Shown in pieces: positions 28,400-38,247 of a stretch of 64,000 nt of DNA. The translations under genes were made by a program, and so were the position numbers. Position 1 is the stretch's first letter. Each line of letters opens with the position of its first letter. Below the pieces are notes generated by a model. The model ran no database searches, had not been told where the DNA came from, and saw only the letters and a program-made list of their open reading frames with translations. The stretch comes from Bdellovibrionales bacterium (lineage in GTDB: Bacteria > Bdellovibrionota > Bdellovibrionia > Bdellovibrionales > JAGQZY01): positions 672,001 to 736,000 of the forward strand of contig CAXRHT010000003.1 in assembly GCA_964230645.1 (NCBI GenBank), written 5' to 3'.

Positions 28400-28581
28400 C
28401 CAATATCCTTTCGTTTGTTATTTGTATTGGTACACTTCTTTCGGATCCCTGGAAAAAAATATGAACCACATTTAGAAAGAGATTGGCGCTGCAAGAAAAT
28501 CTATTTCAAGGTCGGTGGAAACTTGGAAATGTGTTAGGACCAATTGAGAGAAAGCAAATGTTCTTTTTTATGAGGTGTTGT

Positions 28582-29634
28582 TTATTGAGGCAATTTATTT
28601 TTTAAAGCCTTCTCCGGATTTTCAATATCTTCTAACTTTTTTAGCTCGTTAAAAACCTTTTTAAACTCTCTTCCATACTGATTGGCAAGAGTCTCTAGGT
28701 CGGAAAAGTCGCTATTGTAGAGTTCTAGGAGGAGGAGAAAGGCATTGTTGAGTTCTCGATCAGGAAACCATTTGTAGTTGTCAGTTTTTAAATTTGGTAA
28801 GACTTCTTTTTTGAAGGCTGCTTGCATTTCTTTGAATTTCTTTTCGCGTAGTTCAATAAGCTTTTTATTTGTTTTGTTATCTTTGTACCATTCTCGAAGG
28901 TCTTTTAGTTGTTTAGAGATAAAGTCAGAAAAAAGGAGTTCGTCGTGAGCCTCGTTTTTTAGAATTTCACGGATTTCGTCACCTCGATTGAGCTTTTCGT
29001 AGTAAGCCTCAGCTCCCAGTTGTCCAAGAAAAGTAGCTACCCGCTCGTTAAACTTTGATTCTCCTTCAATGTATAGATTGGCGTGTACGGTTTCATGTAT
29101 AAGTGTGCTGACAAAGTGATGCTCATCCATACGGAGCATAGAAGAGAGCAAAGGGTCTTCAAACCAACCGAGAGTGCTGTAAGCTGAAACCCCTCTAACA
29201 TAGGTATCGAGATTCTTTTCTTTCAACTCATTGGCCTCCTCAATGGCCCATTCTTTCTTAAAATAACCTTTATAGGGGACTGAGCCAATAATAGGAAAAT
29301 GCCACTTGTAGGTTTTGAGTTGATCTTTGGGTGAGGCATTCACGGCATAGGTGACATAGTCGCGGTCTAGATGAACGTAGCGCGAGTAGTTCGAGCCGGT
29401 GTCGAGTCCAAGTTCTTCCTTCATAAAATTTCGGATGTCGATAGCAAGTTTGAGCTTTTCTCTTTGCTCAGGAGAGAGGTCATAGTTTTCCAAAGCGTAC
29501 TTCAGGGGAACTCGCTTTCTCATCATTTTGGCTTGGTAAAACGCGCTTTGAGCGATGTAGCCTAATTGGCAACCCGTCAAAATTATAAATAACAAAGGAA
29601 AAAAGAGGGGTTTTATTTTTCTTATAGAAACCAT
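28582..29634 (-). CDS. Putative zinc aminopeptidase lipoprotein (COG4324-like)
   Basis: LTGC lipobox, WHFPIIGSVPYKGYF, AYSTLGWFEDP, HETVH zinc motif, FNE. Confidence 0.87.
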   Translation of the reverse strand: MVSIRKIKPLFFPLLFIILTGCQLGYIAQSAFYQAKMMRKRVPLKYALENYDLSPEQREKLKLAIDIRNFMKEELGLDTGSNYSRYVHLDRDYVTYAVNASPKDQLKTYKWHFPIIGSVPYKGYFKKEWAIEEANELKEKNLDTYVRGVSAYSTLGWFEDPLLSSMLRMDEHHFVSTLIHETVHANLYIEGESKFNERVATFLGQLGAEAYYEKLNRGDEIREILKNEAHDELLFSDFISKQLKDLREWYKDNKTNKKLIELREKKFKEMQAAFKKEVLPNLKTDNYKWFPDRELNNAFLLLLELYNSDFSDLETLANQYGREFKKVFNELKKLEDIENPEKALKNKLPQ

Positions 29635-30203
29635 GAGATTCCCGCACGAGCGGCCACATCCCAGCGAGGGTCTTTATCTAAGGAATCACTAGTCCATGCT
29701 TCTAGCCCAAACTTGAGGGCCATGGTGCGGGTGAGTCGTATTTTCAAACCAAAGCCTGCACTTGGAACAAAAGTTGGATCAAGTTCCACTCTTTCTGATC
29801 TGGTGCTTCCGTCAGAGTGAATGGTGTACTCGTAAGTCACATCTTTTTCAGCAAAATAGGCGGCGCCAAGTTTTACGTAGGGAATAAAGGGCTCTTTCCT
29901 TTTAGCAAAAGTGAAAATCAAATCCAGTCCCACCAAGCTAAAATCATAAGTCGTTCGAGAGTCAGCAGTAATCCCCGGCACGAAACGCTCGGATTGTCCT
30001 TTTGTGTAGTTGAGCTCCATAGCCGCCATTTCGGCAAAATAGTAGGCAAAAGATCCAGTAAAGGAAGTGGTTGTGTCGTAGGAGGGCTCTTGCGATTGGG
30101 TTGGTAAATTCAGTTTGCGATAGTTCCCCGAAACACCCAATTCAAAATACCCAGCTTGCGCCCCAAAGGAAAAGAACATCAGTAATACGGCCCAATATTT
30201 CAT
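29622..30203 (-). CDS. Outer-membrane beta-barrel protein
   Basis: Signal peptide, amphipathic strands, FIPYVKLGA, C-terminal GISWFL. Confidence 0.8.
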   Translation of the reverse strand: MKYWAVLLMFFSFGAQAGYFELGVSGNYRKLNLPTQSQEPSYDTTTSFTGSFAYYFAEMAAMELNYTKGQSERFVPGITADSRTTYDFSLVGLDLIFTFAKRKEPFIPYVKLGAAYFAEKDVTYEYTIHSDGSTRSERVELDPTFVPSAGFGLKIRLTRTMALKFGLEAWTSDSLDKDPRWDVAARAGISWFL

Positions 30204-30273
30204 CTCTTTATTTTAGCAAAACTCAGATGGGAAGCATAGAGAACCAAAAGTCTAGGAGAACCTTTAGACGGGG

Positions 30274-30377
30274 CCCTGCGGAAGTCTTGAGGAATGCCCT
30301 CCCAAAACCTTCAGACAGGTCCTCGCTTCGCTGCAGAACTCGTTTTTGGGAGGGCATTCCCCAAAACTTCCGCAGGG
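30274..30377. repeat. Long intergenic inverted repeat (34-bp arms, 2 mismatches, 36-bp spacer)
   Basis: 30274-30307 versus 30344-30377; both mismatches are G-U wobbles on the minus (transcribed) strand. Confidence 0.93.
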
Positions 30378-30409
30378 GTTAAAGAACCTCTTTTTAGAAA
30401 GGGTAAAAT

Positions 30410-31366
30410 TTAGTTGTCGGGGCCGCCGCCGTGGAAGCGGACGCCGGGTTGGGGGACCCAGAGGACTTCGGTTTGGAATTGTAGGTGGATGTAGCCGTTT
30501 TCGTCGATCATTTCTTTCGGAGGATTGGGAACGTTTTTGACCTGTTTGAAAGAATCGATCGCGGCGTTATCAATCGACCACAAACCCGAAAGTCTAAAAG
30601 GTTGGACGTCTAGGATCTCTCCTTTTTCATTCATAATAATCTCGACATTGGTGACCCAAGTCTTGCTAATGGGAGGAGCGTTGTTGGCTTCAAGCCACTG
30701 ATAAAGGGCTCTTCTTACCTTATCGCCCCAGAGGGGTATAAAGCGGGTCAGAAGTCTTTGGTTAAAACTGTAGAAGCGATGTTGATCTGTATTTAACGAA
30801 GTCACGTTTCCAAGGCGTACTCCTGGAGGGAGGCGCTGTTGGACGTAGGCGGGAATCGTGGGTCTAGAGCTCGTGCTGGCGTATCCAGGTAGAGGAAGAG
30901 GTTTTCTGCCGTCATCACTTTCTTCAAACTTCTTCCAGCCATCCTCACTTTTTGAAACTTTTGTTTTCTCTTGCTGGCTACTTTGCTTTTCCTTGGCTTT
31001 CTTTTGCTCGCTCTTTTGTCCCTTCTGTCCACCAGAAGAAATGGCGGCTTGCATTTTTGGCATCAAATCAGGCTTTTTAAAGGTTTCCATGTCCGTGCGA
31101 TGAGTTTTGTCGGATTTAAAGCGGGCTTCGTCTTTGGGTTTGGTTTTTGTTTCTGGTTGATCGGGAGTTTGAACTAAAACCGGCTGACTTCTTTGCTTTT
31201 TATCAAGCAAGACAATTTCCATGGGGGTGTCTTGTTTTGAAACGTCTTTATGTTGCTCGACATAATAAAATAGGAGGAATAAAACCAGGTGAAAACCCAA
31301 GCTTGCGATGAAAGCAAAAAGAGTTCGATCTGAACTATAATCCTGGATATTTCCTCCTTTTGACAC
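30410..31366 (-). CDS. TonB-family energy transducer (TonB C-terminal domain)
   Basis: TM helix with S-L-G-F-H, Pro/Lys-rich linker, C-terminal GEILDV...SG...IDNAAI...PNPP. Confidence 0.8.
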   Translation of the reverse strand: MSKGGNIQDYSSDRTLFAFIASLGFHLVLFLLFYYVEQHKDVSKQDTPMEIVLLDKKQRSQPVLVQTPDQPETKTKPKDEARFKSDKTHRTDMETFKKPDLMPKMQAAISSGGQKGQKSEQKKAKEKQSSQQEKTKVSKSEDGWKKFEESDDGRKPLPLPGYASTSSRPTIPAYVQQRLPPGVRLGNVTSLNTDQHRFYSFNQRLLTRFIPLWGDKVRRALYQWLEANNAPPISKTWVTNVEIIMNEKGEILDVQPFRLSGLWSIDNAAIDSFKQVKNVPNPPKEMIDENGYIHLQFQTEVLWVPQPGVRFHGGGPDN

Positions 31367-31427
31367 AAAAAATGTCTAAAGCTGAGACCTCAATCCGCCG
31401 AACTAGTATATAGCACAGGGAGGGGGA

Positions 31428-31943
31428 ATGAGTACAGAAGGTAAGGTATTAACATTTCCTAAGGTAAAAAAAGAGAAGAACGACCAACAAACTGCCGAAA
31501 AGGCCAGTGTGGTCGATATTGGCTTGAAAAGGCAGGAAATCATCCAAGATGAGAGACGTTCTGTACGCAGAACGATTCTGACCGAGTTTATCGGTGTTCA
31601 CACCATTGTTCCTGGCGCTGGGCTGCAGAAATGCGCTCTTCACGATATATCGGTTAACGGGATTGCCTTTGATTTGGCAGAGAAACAAGGCCATTTTAAG
31701 GGCGGTGAAGAAGTGGTGATGCGCGTTTATATGAATCACAAAACCTACTTCAGTTTTGTGGTCAATGTTCGCTCCAGTCGTTTTGTGAAAGAAGAGGGTG
31801 TTTATAGGCATGGAGCTTCTGTCGTGAAAGGCTCAGTCAACCAAGAGGCCCTCAACCACTTTATTAAGTTCATCGAATCGGTCAGTGCCAGTCTGAAAAC
31901 GGACCACGGTGATGTCATTGTTTCGGGCTTAGACCAAAATTAA
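31428..31943 (+). CDS. PilZ domain protein
   Basis: ERRSVRR (RxxxR) and DISVNG (DxSxxG) c-di-GMP motifs. Confidence 0.82.
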   Translation: MSTEGKVLTFPKVKKEKNDQQTAEKASVVDIGLKRQEIIQDERRSVRRTILTEFIGVHTIVPGAGLQKCALHDISVNGIAFDLAEKQGHFKGGEEVVMRVYMNHKTYFSFVVNVRSSRFVKEEGVYRHGASVVKGSVNQEALNHFIKFIESVSASLKTDHGDVIVSGLDQN

Positions 31944-31967
31944 ACAGATCTTAAAAGCAGAGACTCC

Positions 31968-31997
31968 AAAAAGCCCTCAGAGAGAAGGGCTTTTTTT
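31968..31997 (+). terminator. Intrinsic terminator
   Basis: aaaagccct-cagagaga-agggc followed by T7. Confidence 0.75.
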
Positions 31998-32197
31998 ATT
32001 GCCCAAGAACTCAGCCTAAAAAATAAAACATTTCTTTACCGTTTCCCTCAAAGCGGCTCTAGTGCGGGCAGAACTGACAGTCAGTTTGTGTGCACTGAGT
32101 TGAAGCCTCCTGGCATTGGTTGCCATAAGCAAGGAATTGTAATGGAATGAAGTCTAGACCCTGCTTTCAGGTAGGGCCATTTCCAAGGGGGGCTTTT

Positions 32198-33520
32198 TTG
32201 GCTGAAGCTATTCGCAAAATCGTAATTGATACCAACGTAATTCTTTTTGACGCTCTTGCAGTGAATAAATTTAAAAAGGCCCATGTTTATATTCCAATCT
32301 CCGTGATTGAGGAAGTCGATCGCTTTAAAAGAGACCCAGGGGAAAATGGAAGAAATGCCAGACACTTTAGCCGTTTTATCGATGTTCTGCGCGAAAAGGG
32401 CAATTTGTCTGAGGGGATTCCAGTTTCCGATGACCCGGAATCCAAAATATTTATCACCACCGATAAAAAAGCCGAGGACATCCCTGATGACCTTTTTGAA
32501 AACAAAGCAGACAATCGCATCTTAATGATGGCTTTGCATTTAAAGCAAAATGATCCCAATGCACAAGTGGAGCTGGTCACCAAAGATATCAATCTGCGAA
32601 TTAAAGCTGATGTTTTTGGAGTGGTTGCAAAAGACTACGAGCCAGAGAAAGTTTCCTTTGAGGAAATGTACAATGGCCAAAAAGAGATCACAGTGACTTC
32701 GGATCTCATCAACCAGTTCTATGAAGATAAAGTTCTACCCATTCCTGATGATGAAAAGCTTTACGCCAACCAATATCTTGTTGCTAGAGATTCCTCTAAT
32801 GAAAATCACAGTGCCATTGGACGTTATGATGAAACTCAAAAAGCGATGGTGCCTCTAATCAGCATGAACGAGGGTATCTGGGGCATTCACCCCAGAAACG
32901 TGGAGCAGTCCTTTGCTCTTGACTGTCTTCTTAATGATGAAATCTTATTTGTCTCTTTGGTTGGAAAAGCGGGAACGGGGAAAACTCTTCTCGCTCTAGC
33001 AGCCGGTCTTTATAAAACTTTAGACGAGGGTCGCTTCCAAAGATTGCTAGTGAGTCGTCCAATCTTCCCAATGGGTCGCGACATCGGTTACTTGCCTGGA
33101 GATGTTGAGCAAAAATTAAATCCATGGATGCAGCCGATTTTCGACAATGTGGAGTTTCTCATGGGAGCTGACAAAAAGGCCGCCGGTCGCGCACAGGAAT
33201 TGATGAATCAAGGAATGTTAAACATTGAACCACTGACATACATCCGTGGGCGAAGTATTCCCAATCAGTTTTTGATTGTCGATGAGGCGCAAAACCTCAC
33301 TCCTCATGAAATTAAAACCATTGTCACGCGAGCTGGTTCCGGAACAAAAGTTGTGCTGACAGGTGATTGTTATCAGATCGATAACCCCTATGTTGATAGT
33401 GCTACCAGCGGACTCACCTATTCTGTGGAGAAGTTCAAAGGGCATCAGATTTCCGCGCACAACACCTTAGTTAAAGGAGAGCGCTCTGAATTGGCGGAAT
33501 TGGCTGCAAACATTCTCTAA
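32198..33520 (+). CDS. phoH: PIN-PhoH (PhoH2/YlaK-like) protein
   Basis: PIN domain (IDTNV, TKDINLRIKA), GKAGTGKT, GYLPG, YIRGRS, DEAQN; TTG start at 32198 inferred from RBS. Confidence 0.9.
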   Translation: MAEAIRKIVIDTNVILFDALAVNKFKKAHVYIPISVIEEVDRFKRDPGENGRNARHFSRFIDVLREKGNLSEGIPVSDDPESKIFITTDKKAEDIPDDLFENKADNRILMMALHLKQNDPNAQVELVTKDINLRIKADVFGVVAKDYEPEKVSFEEMYNGQKEITVTSDLINQFYEDKVLPIPDDEKLYANQYLVARDSSNENHSAIGRYDETQKAMVPLISMNEGIWGIHPRNVEQSFALDCLLNDEILFVSLVGKAGTGKTLLALAAGLYKTLDEGRFQRLLVSRPIFPMGRDIGYLPGDVEQKLNPWMQPIFDNVEFLMGADKKAAGRAQELMNQGMLNIEPLTYIRGRSIPNQFLIVDEAQNLTPHEIKTIVTRAGSGTKVVLTGDCYQIDNPYVDSATSGLTYSVEKFKGHQISAHNTLVKGERSELAELAANIL

Positions 33521-33574
33521 GGCTAGGGGTGGTCCCATAAAAATGGAGTTGTGGGCCCATCAGGAGGTGGCTTC

Positions 33575-34666
33575 ATGAGTCTAAAACAATTGTTGGGTCT
33601 TGTTTGCTTAGGAATTTTGACTCTTTACTTTGCCAAAAATATCAAGGTCACTGTCACGGGTGCTGAGGCAGTGATCGAAGAGCCTCGCTCTCAGGTGGAA
33701 AGAAACGTCGATGCTGAAGTGTCGCGGAAACCACTTGCCGAGGCTCAAACAACGAAGCAGAGCTTTGAGAGGCCAGAGAGCTTAAAGTCAGAGCTTAACA
33801 TCATGGACCAGATGGTTAAGCTGATTAACGAACGTAAACTTTGCGAATTTCTTTCATTCGCCCGTGAAAAATCACAGGGAAAATTTGAGCAGTGGCAGGC
33901 TTTGGAGAAAAGTTTTTCTGACCCTGAAATCCAAGAGCTGGAAGTTTTTCTTGAGGGTGATGTGGGAAATGCGTCAGCCTACCAGACAGAGGCGGCTCGT
34001 TTCTATCTTGTCGGAAAGCAAGTGGGAGCATTTGAGCGGCAAGTGACCAAAGAGCCTATTAACTTTGAAAAGGGCCTTGAGGAAGAAGACCAAAGAAGGC
34101 TTGAAGCCATTGAGGTTGCTAAAAGTACAAATCCTGACAATCTTTTATATGCGATGGCAAAAAATAATGTTTTAAGGCGCTACACTCACAGGGGGGAAGC
34201 TCTGGATGCCGAACTTTATGAAGAGATCACAAACAGTGAAGAAATAGAAAACCCGGTTTACTCCCTTCTACGAAAAATCTATGACCGCTCCAAAGATAAT
34301 GTGGCTCAATTTTATTTGTCCCAAGAGATTCTGGAAAAAGACGTCCGCCTGGATCGGCATTTTGTTCTACAAATTATTTGGTACTACTATTCTCAAGAAA
34401 CCAGGGCTCATATTCATCAACTTCTGGGTACTTATTTAGAGGACAACACCGATGCCGCTAAAACTTTTGGTTATGAGTCGAACCTCTATGAACTTTATAA
34501 ATATTCGGCTCCTCCCGAAATCTATGTAAACCTTCCGGAGAAGGACGAGTATGAAAAAGATCGGGAGCAGCCCGTTTATAGTCTTACAGACCTAAAGCTT
34601 GATCTAGAGTCGGGTTGTGACTCCAGCAAGGTCGAAGAGCTGGCGATCAAACTGCGCGCTCTCTGA
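33575..34666 (+). CDS. Hypothetical membrane-anchored/secreted protein
   Basis: N-terminal hydrophobic helix; GGAGG RBS before ATG 33575. Confidence 0.7.
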   Translation: MSLKQLLGLVCLGILTLYFAKNIKVTVTGAEAVIEEPRSQVERNVDAEVSRKPLAEAQTTKQSFERPESLKSELNIMDQMVKLINERKLCEFLSFAREKSQGKFEQWQALEKSFSDPEIQELEVFLEGDVGNASAYQTEAARFYLVGKQVGAFERQVTKEPINFEKGLEEEDQRRLEAIEVAKSTNPDNLLYAMAKNNVLRRYTHRGEALDAELYEEITNSEEIENPVYSLLRKIYDRSKDNVAQFYLSQEILEKDVRLDRHFVLQIIWYYYSQETRAHIHQLLGTYLEDNTDAAKTFGYESNLYELYKYSAPPEIYVNLPEKDEYEKDREQPVYSLTDLKLDLESGCDSSKVEELAIKLRAL

Positions 34667-34756
34667 TTGGGTGGCTTTTGGCTGGCTAGACTTTCTAATT
34701 TCTCTCGCTTACTTATAATAAAACCTCACGATAACAACATTGAAGCGGAGGCCTTT

Positions 34757-35260
34757 GTGCAAAAGAAATTTATTTTAAGTTTGATTCTCGTCCCATTTAT
34801 CTTTTTAGCAGCCTGTGAAGATGATAACGATAACACTCCCACGGAGGTTGGAGTTTCAATCCCTCAAATATCTCTAACATGCTCCAATTCCGACGCAACG
34901 GCCTGCCAAGACGCAAACTCCAATGAGGATGTAATGTTTGTTTGGACCACGGCTGCATGCGATGAAATCAATGAAGACACCGTTCTTTACGCCAATACAA
35001 GCTTAGATCAATACCGCGTTATCTGTAATGGAAACGATTGTGTCACTGAAACTCAACCGAATACGGGCGTGTGGTTTGATAGCAGTGGTGATGTAACCGA
35101 AGTCATTCCAAGTTCGGCAACAACCGCCGTTGCCTGGATCGATTTCGGTGACAGTGGTGTTAATAACGATAATGGGCCCTCTGGTGGCGATGTTGTCTGT
35201 TGCCTCGAAGACCAAGAAAGTGATGTGGAAATGCCCTCTTCAAGCTGTCAGCAGCTTTAA
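34757..35260 (+). CDS. Acidic Cys-rich lipoprotein
   Basis: GTG start after GGAGG, LAAC lipobox, Asp/Glu/Cys-rich mature part. Confidence 0.75.
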   Translation: MQKKFILSLILVPFIFLAACEDDNDNTPTEVGVSIPQISLTCSNSDATACQDANSNEDVMFVWTTAACDEINEDTVLYANTSLDQYRVICNGNDCVTETQPNTGVWFDSSGDVTEVIPSSATTAVAWIDFGDSGVNNDNGPSGGDVVCCLEDQESDVEMPSSSCQQL

Positions 35261-35277
35261 TATTCAGAAATTGATCT

Positions 35278-35312
35278 AAGGCCCGTATCTTTAGGTGTGC
35301 GGGCCTTTTTTT
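35278..35312 (+). terminator. Intrinsic terminator
   Basis: aaggcccgta...tgcgggcc followed by T7. Confidence 0.75.
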
Positions 35313-35456
35313 GTGTCTAAAATCTTCAAGGGCAAATTTTAGTGGGCTCTTATACAGCTCATCCTTGCGACAAGACAAAGAAGACTTTACACTTCCAAGC
35401 ACTGGAGATATTAATTCATCTCCGTCGCCTATAGGCGCTCAAACAGTGAGGAAGTT

Positions 35457-36653
35457 ATGAAAAATGTGACTATTTTAGCTTATTCCGGAGGACTCGACAC
35501 CTCAGCTATTATACCTTGGCTAATAGAAAACTATGACACGGAAGTGATTGCTTACTGTTGTGACCTTGGCAGTCAGCCGGAAGCTGAGCGCATGCAGCGT
35601 AACTCCCTAGCTTATGGTGCTAAAGAATTTGTCTTTGAAGATCTCAAGGAAGTTTTTTGTACGGACTATGTGTTCCCTATGCTCAGGAGTGGGGCCAAAT
35701 ACCAAGAGGATTATCTTTTAGGAACAGCCATTGCTCGCCCATTAATTTCTGAGCGTATTGCCCACTGTGCTCAAAAGCACGGAGCTCAATACATCTGCCA
35801 TGGAGCGACTGGGAAAGGTAACGATCACATCCGTTTTGAAAAATCTTGGGCTTATCTTGTGCCAGAAGTTGAAATCATTGCTCCCTGGAAAACCTGGAAA
35901 TTTAAAGGGCGCACTGACCTTGTGGAATATTTGAAAACCAAGGGTTTTGAATACAAAAGTAATGTTCAACCGCAATACAGTGTTGATACCAATCTTCTTC
36001 ATCTCTCCACCGAAGGCGGGAGGCTCGAGAATATTGGTGTAGAGTTTGATGAGTCTGATGTTTTCCAGTGGACAAAGCCCGAGCCCACACAAGAAGAAAC
36101 CAAATTGAGTTTTGAGTTTAAAAATGGAATCCCCGTTAAAATGAATGGAAAAGAGTACCGCGCTGATGACCTCCTCGATGAGCTGAATCAAATTGGTGGG
36201 AGACACGGGATTGGCGTCGTGGATCTCGTTGAAGAGCGAGCCAATGGAATCAAATCTCGTGGAATCTATGAAACTCCGGGTGGGACGATTTTATCCCATG
36301 CCATAAAACAGTTAAAACAAATCTGTTGGAGTCGTAAGCTCTCTCGTACGGCACAGATGCTTTCTCAAGAGTACGGACAGCTTATCTATGATGGTGATTG
36401 GCATTCGCTTGCGCGTAACTCGATTGAAGCCTTTTTTAAGGAAGCGGGGCAAAGCTTAACCGGAGAAGTTGATATTTTGTCAAAAGGCTCAAGGATGCAG
36501 ATTCTAAAACGTGAGAGTGTTTACAGCGTTTATAACCCGAAGGCTGTGAGTTTTGAGTCGGATCAAAGTAATTTTAACGAAGCTTCCAAGGGTTACACCC
36601 AATTTGTAACTCATCCCTCTAGACTTGAAGGGCGAGTGAGAAATCAAAAATGA
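35457..36653 (+). CDS. argG: Argininosuccinate synthase
   Basis: LAYSGGLDTS, YLLGTAIARP, HGATGKGND, KSRGIYETPGGT. Confidence 0.95.
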   Translation: MKNVTILAYSGGLDTSAIIPWLIENYDTEVIAYCCDLGSQPEAERMQRNSLAYGAKEFVFEDLKEVFCTDYVFPMLRSGAKYQEDYLLGTAIARPLISERIAHCAQKHGAQYICHGATGKGNDHIRFEKSWAYLVPEVEIIAPWKTWKFKGRTDLVEYLKTKGFEYKSNVQPQYSVDTNLLHLSTEGGRLENIGVEFDESDVFQWTKPEPTQEETKLSFEFKNGIPVKMNGKEYRADDLLDELNQIGGRHGIGVVDLVEERANGIKSRGIYETPGGTILSHAIKQLKQICWSRKLSRTAQMLSQEYGQLIYDGDWHSLARNSIEAFFKEAGQSLTGEVDILSKGSRMQILKRESVYSVYNPKAVSFESDQSNFNEASKGYTQFVTHPSRLEGRVRNQK

Positions 36654-37930
36654 GAACTCTTGATTCAGCCATAAATTCAAGCGACGAGGATATTCTTTAC
36701 CCTTTCACACAGGGAATCGACGTCGATCGTTTTCTGTATGACAGTGAAATTCGAGTTCAAAAAGCCTGGGCTGAAGCGCTCTTCGACATCGATATTTTTA
36801 CAAAAGAGGAACTTAATAAGGTTCTTGAGTGTCTTGATGAAATTCATCAATTGATGGAGGAGGAACGGTTTCCCTGGTCTGTCGCCGATGAAGATATTCA
36901 TATGAACATAGAAAGCTATATGACCGATAAGATTGGAGACCTTGGTAAAAAAATTCATATGGGGCGATCGCGTAACGATCTCATTGCGGCCACCTTGCGT
37001 CTTCATTGTGAGAAGCTCAATGAAAGTATCTTCCAGGAACTAGAGCGGGTAGGGAAGGCGATCAGTGAAAAGGCCTCCTTGTGGAAAGATATCACTATCC
37101 CTGGAATGACCCATCTCCAAGCCGGAATGCCAGTGGCGTTTTCAAAAGTTTTTTTAGCTCATGGCGAGTCCTTTAAACGGGATCAGCTAAGAATTACGAA
37201 CGCAAAACAGGCGAGTCTCAGTTATTGTCCACTAGGAGCCGCCGCTTTTGCTGGCACTCACCTTCCTATAGATCTTAAAAAGCTAGCTACAAAGCTTGGG
37301 TTTCAAAAAGAACTTGAGAATTCCTACGACGCTGTTGGTGACCGAGATTTCATACTGGAAACCCTCAATGCTTTTGCTCAAACAGCCGTGCACCTCACCC
37401 GATTTTGTGAGGAAACAATTTATTTTAGCTCCACCCAGGTCAATCTTCTAGAGCTTCCTAAGAATTTATCCACGGGAAGTTCCATAATGCCCAACAAAAG
37501 AAACCCCGATGTGCTCGAGCTTATTCGAGCAAAAATGGCTCGAGTGATCGCGGCTAGCAATGAAGGGATGCATCTTGTGCGCGTAGTAGTACCAAGCTAC
37601 GGCACCGATCTACATGAGCTAAAAAGAACACTAATGACTTCTTTTAACTCTTTAGTAGAATCTTTAAAAATACTTTCTCCTTTTATCAAAGGTCTTAACG
37701 CCAACTCGCAGGTTGCAAAGTCCATGCTTTCTCAGGGCCATATTTTTGCCACTGACATTACAAATCTCTTTGCGGCTGAAGGCTTGAGCTTCAGAGAAGC
37801 CTATAAAAAAACGGCTAATTTGGTTGAGAAAGCCAAAACGGAAAACAAACAAGTTCATGAAGTGTTGGATAAAGACTCTCGCAAAAAACTCGTTGAGCTC
37901 CTGCTAAGTAAAAATATCCAATTGCCCTAA
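36650..37930 (+). CDS. argH: Argininosuccinate lyase (short)
   Basis: EDIHM, GRSRND, PGMTHLQ, TGSSIMPNKRNPDVLE; ATGA overlap with argG. Confidence 0.92.
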   Translation: MRTLDSAINSSDEDILYPFTQGIDVDRFLYDSEIRVQKAWAEALFDIDIFTKEELNKVLECLDEIHQLMEEERFPWSVADEDIHMNIESYMTDKIGDLGKKIHMGRSRNDLIAATLRLHCEKLNESIFQELERVGKAISEKASLWKDITIPGMTHLQAGMPVAFSKVFLAHGESFKRDQLRITNAKQASLSYCPLGAAAFAGTHLPIDLKKLATKLGFQKELENSYDAVGDRDFILETLNAFAQTAVHLTRFCEETIYFSSTQVNLLELPKNLSTGSSIMPNKRNPDVLELIRAKMARVIAASNEGMHLVRVVVPSYGTDLHELKRTLMTSFNSLVESLKILSPFIKGLNANSQVAKSMLSQGHIFATDITNLFAAEGLSFREAYKKTANLVEKAKTENKQVHEVLDKDSRKKLVELLLSKNIQLP

Positions 37931-37954
37931 ACTTTTTCATAAAAATTGCAATCT

Positions 37955-38086
37955 TTATGAATCTGTTTGAATAACAGGAGCGGGAGCCAGCTCTTGGATT
38001 GTTTGGAAACGTTGGTTGAGAAGCCAAACCAGAGCACCTAGCACTACCACAGTAAGCACTATTAAATATATTTTATATTTACTCAT
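37955..38086 (-). CDS. Small single-TM protein (43 aa; below the ORF-track cutoff)
   Basis: MSKYKIYLIVLTVVVLGALVWLLNQRFQTIQELAPAPVIQTDS with GAGAGG RBS. Confidence 0.55.
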   Translation of the reverse strand: MSKYKIYLIVLTVVVLGALVWLLNQRFQTIQELAPAPVIQTDS

Positions 38087-38247
38087 AGAACAAACCTCTC
38101 GCTCCTTAATTATAGTCAGAGATATTCGGTTGTAAAAACTATTTACAACGATTTTTGTAGTCTTTTTTCATGGAGCTATAGTTTTTGACTTCATCCTACA
38201 TTTTCGCCAATCTGGCGATCCTCTCACAATTTTCCTTTGGAGGATGG

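Noticed and set aside
32198..33520. PIN-PhoH as a toxin-antitoxin or defence system
   Set aside because: Widespread stand-alone PhoH2/YlaK architecture with no adjacent antitoxin.
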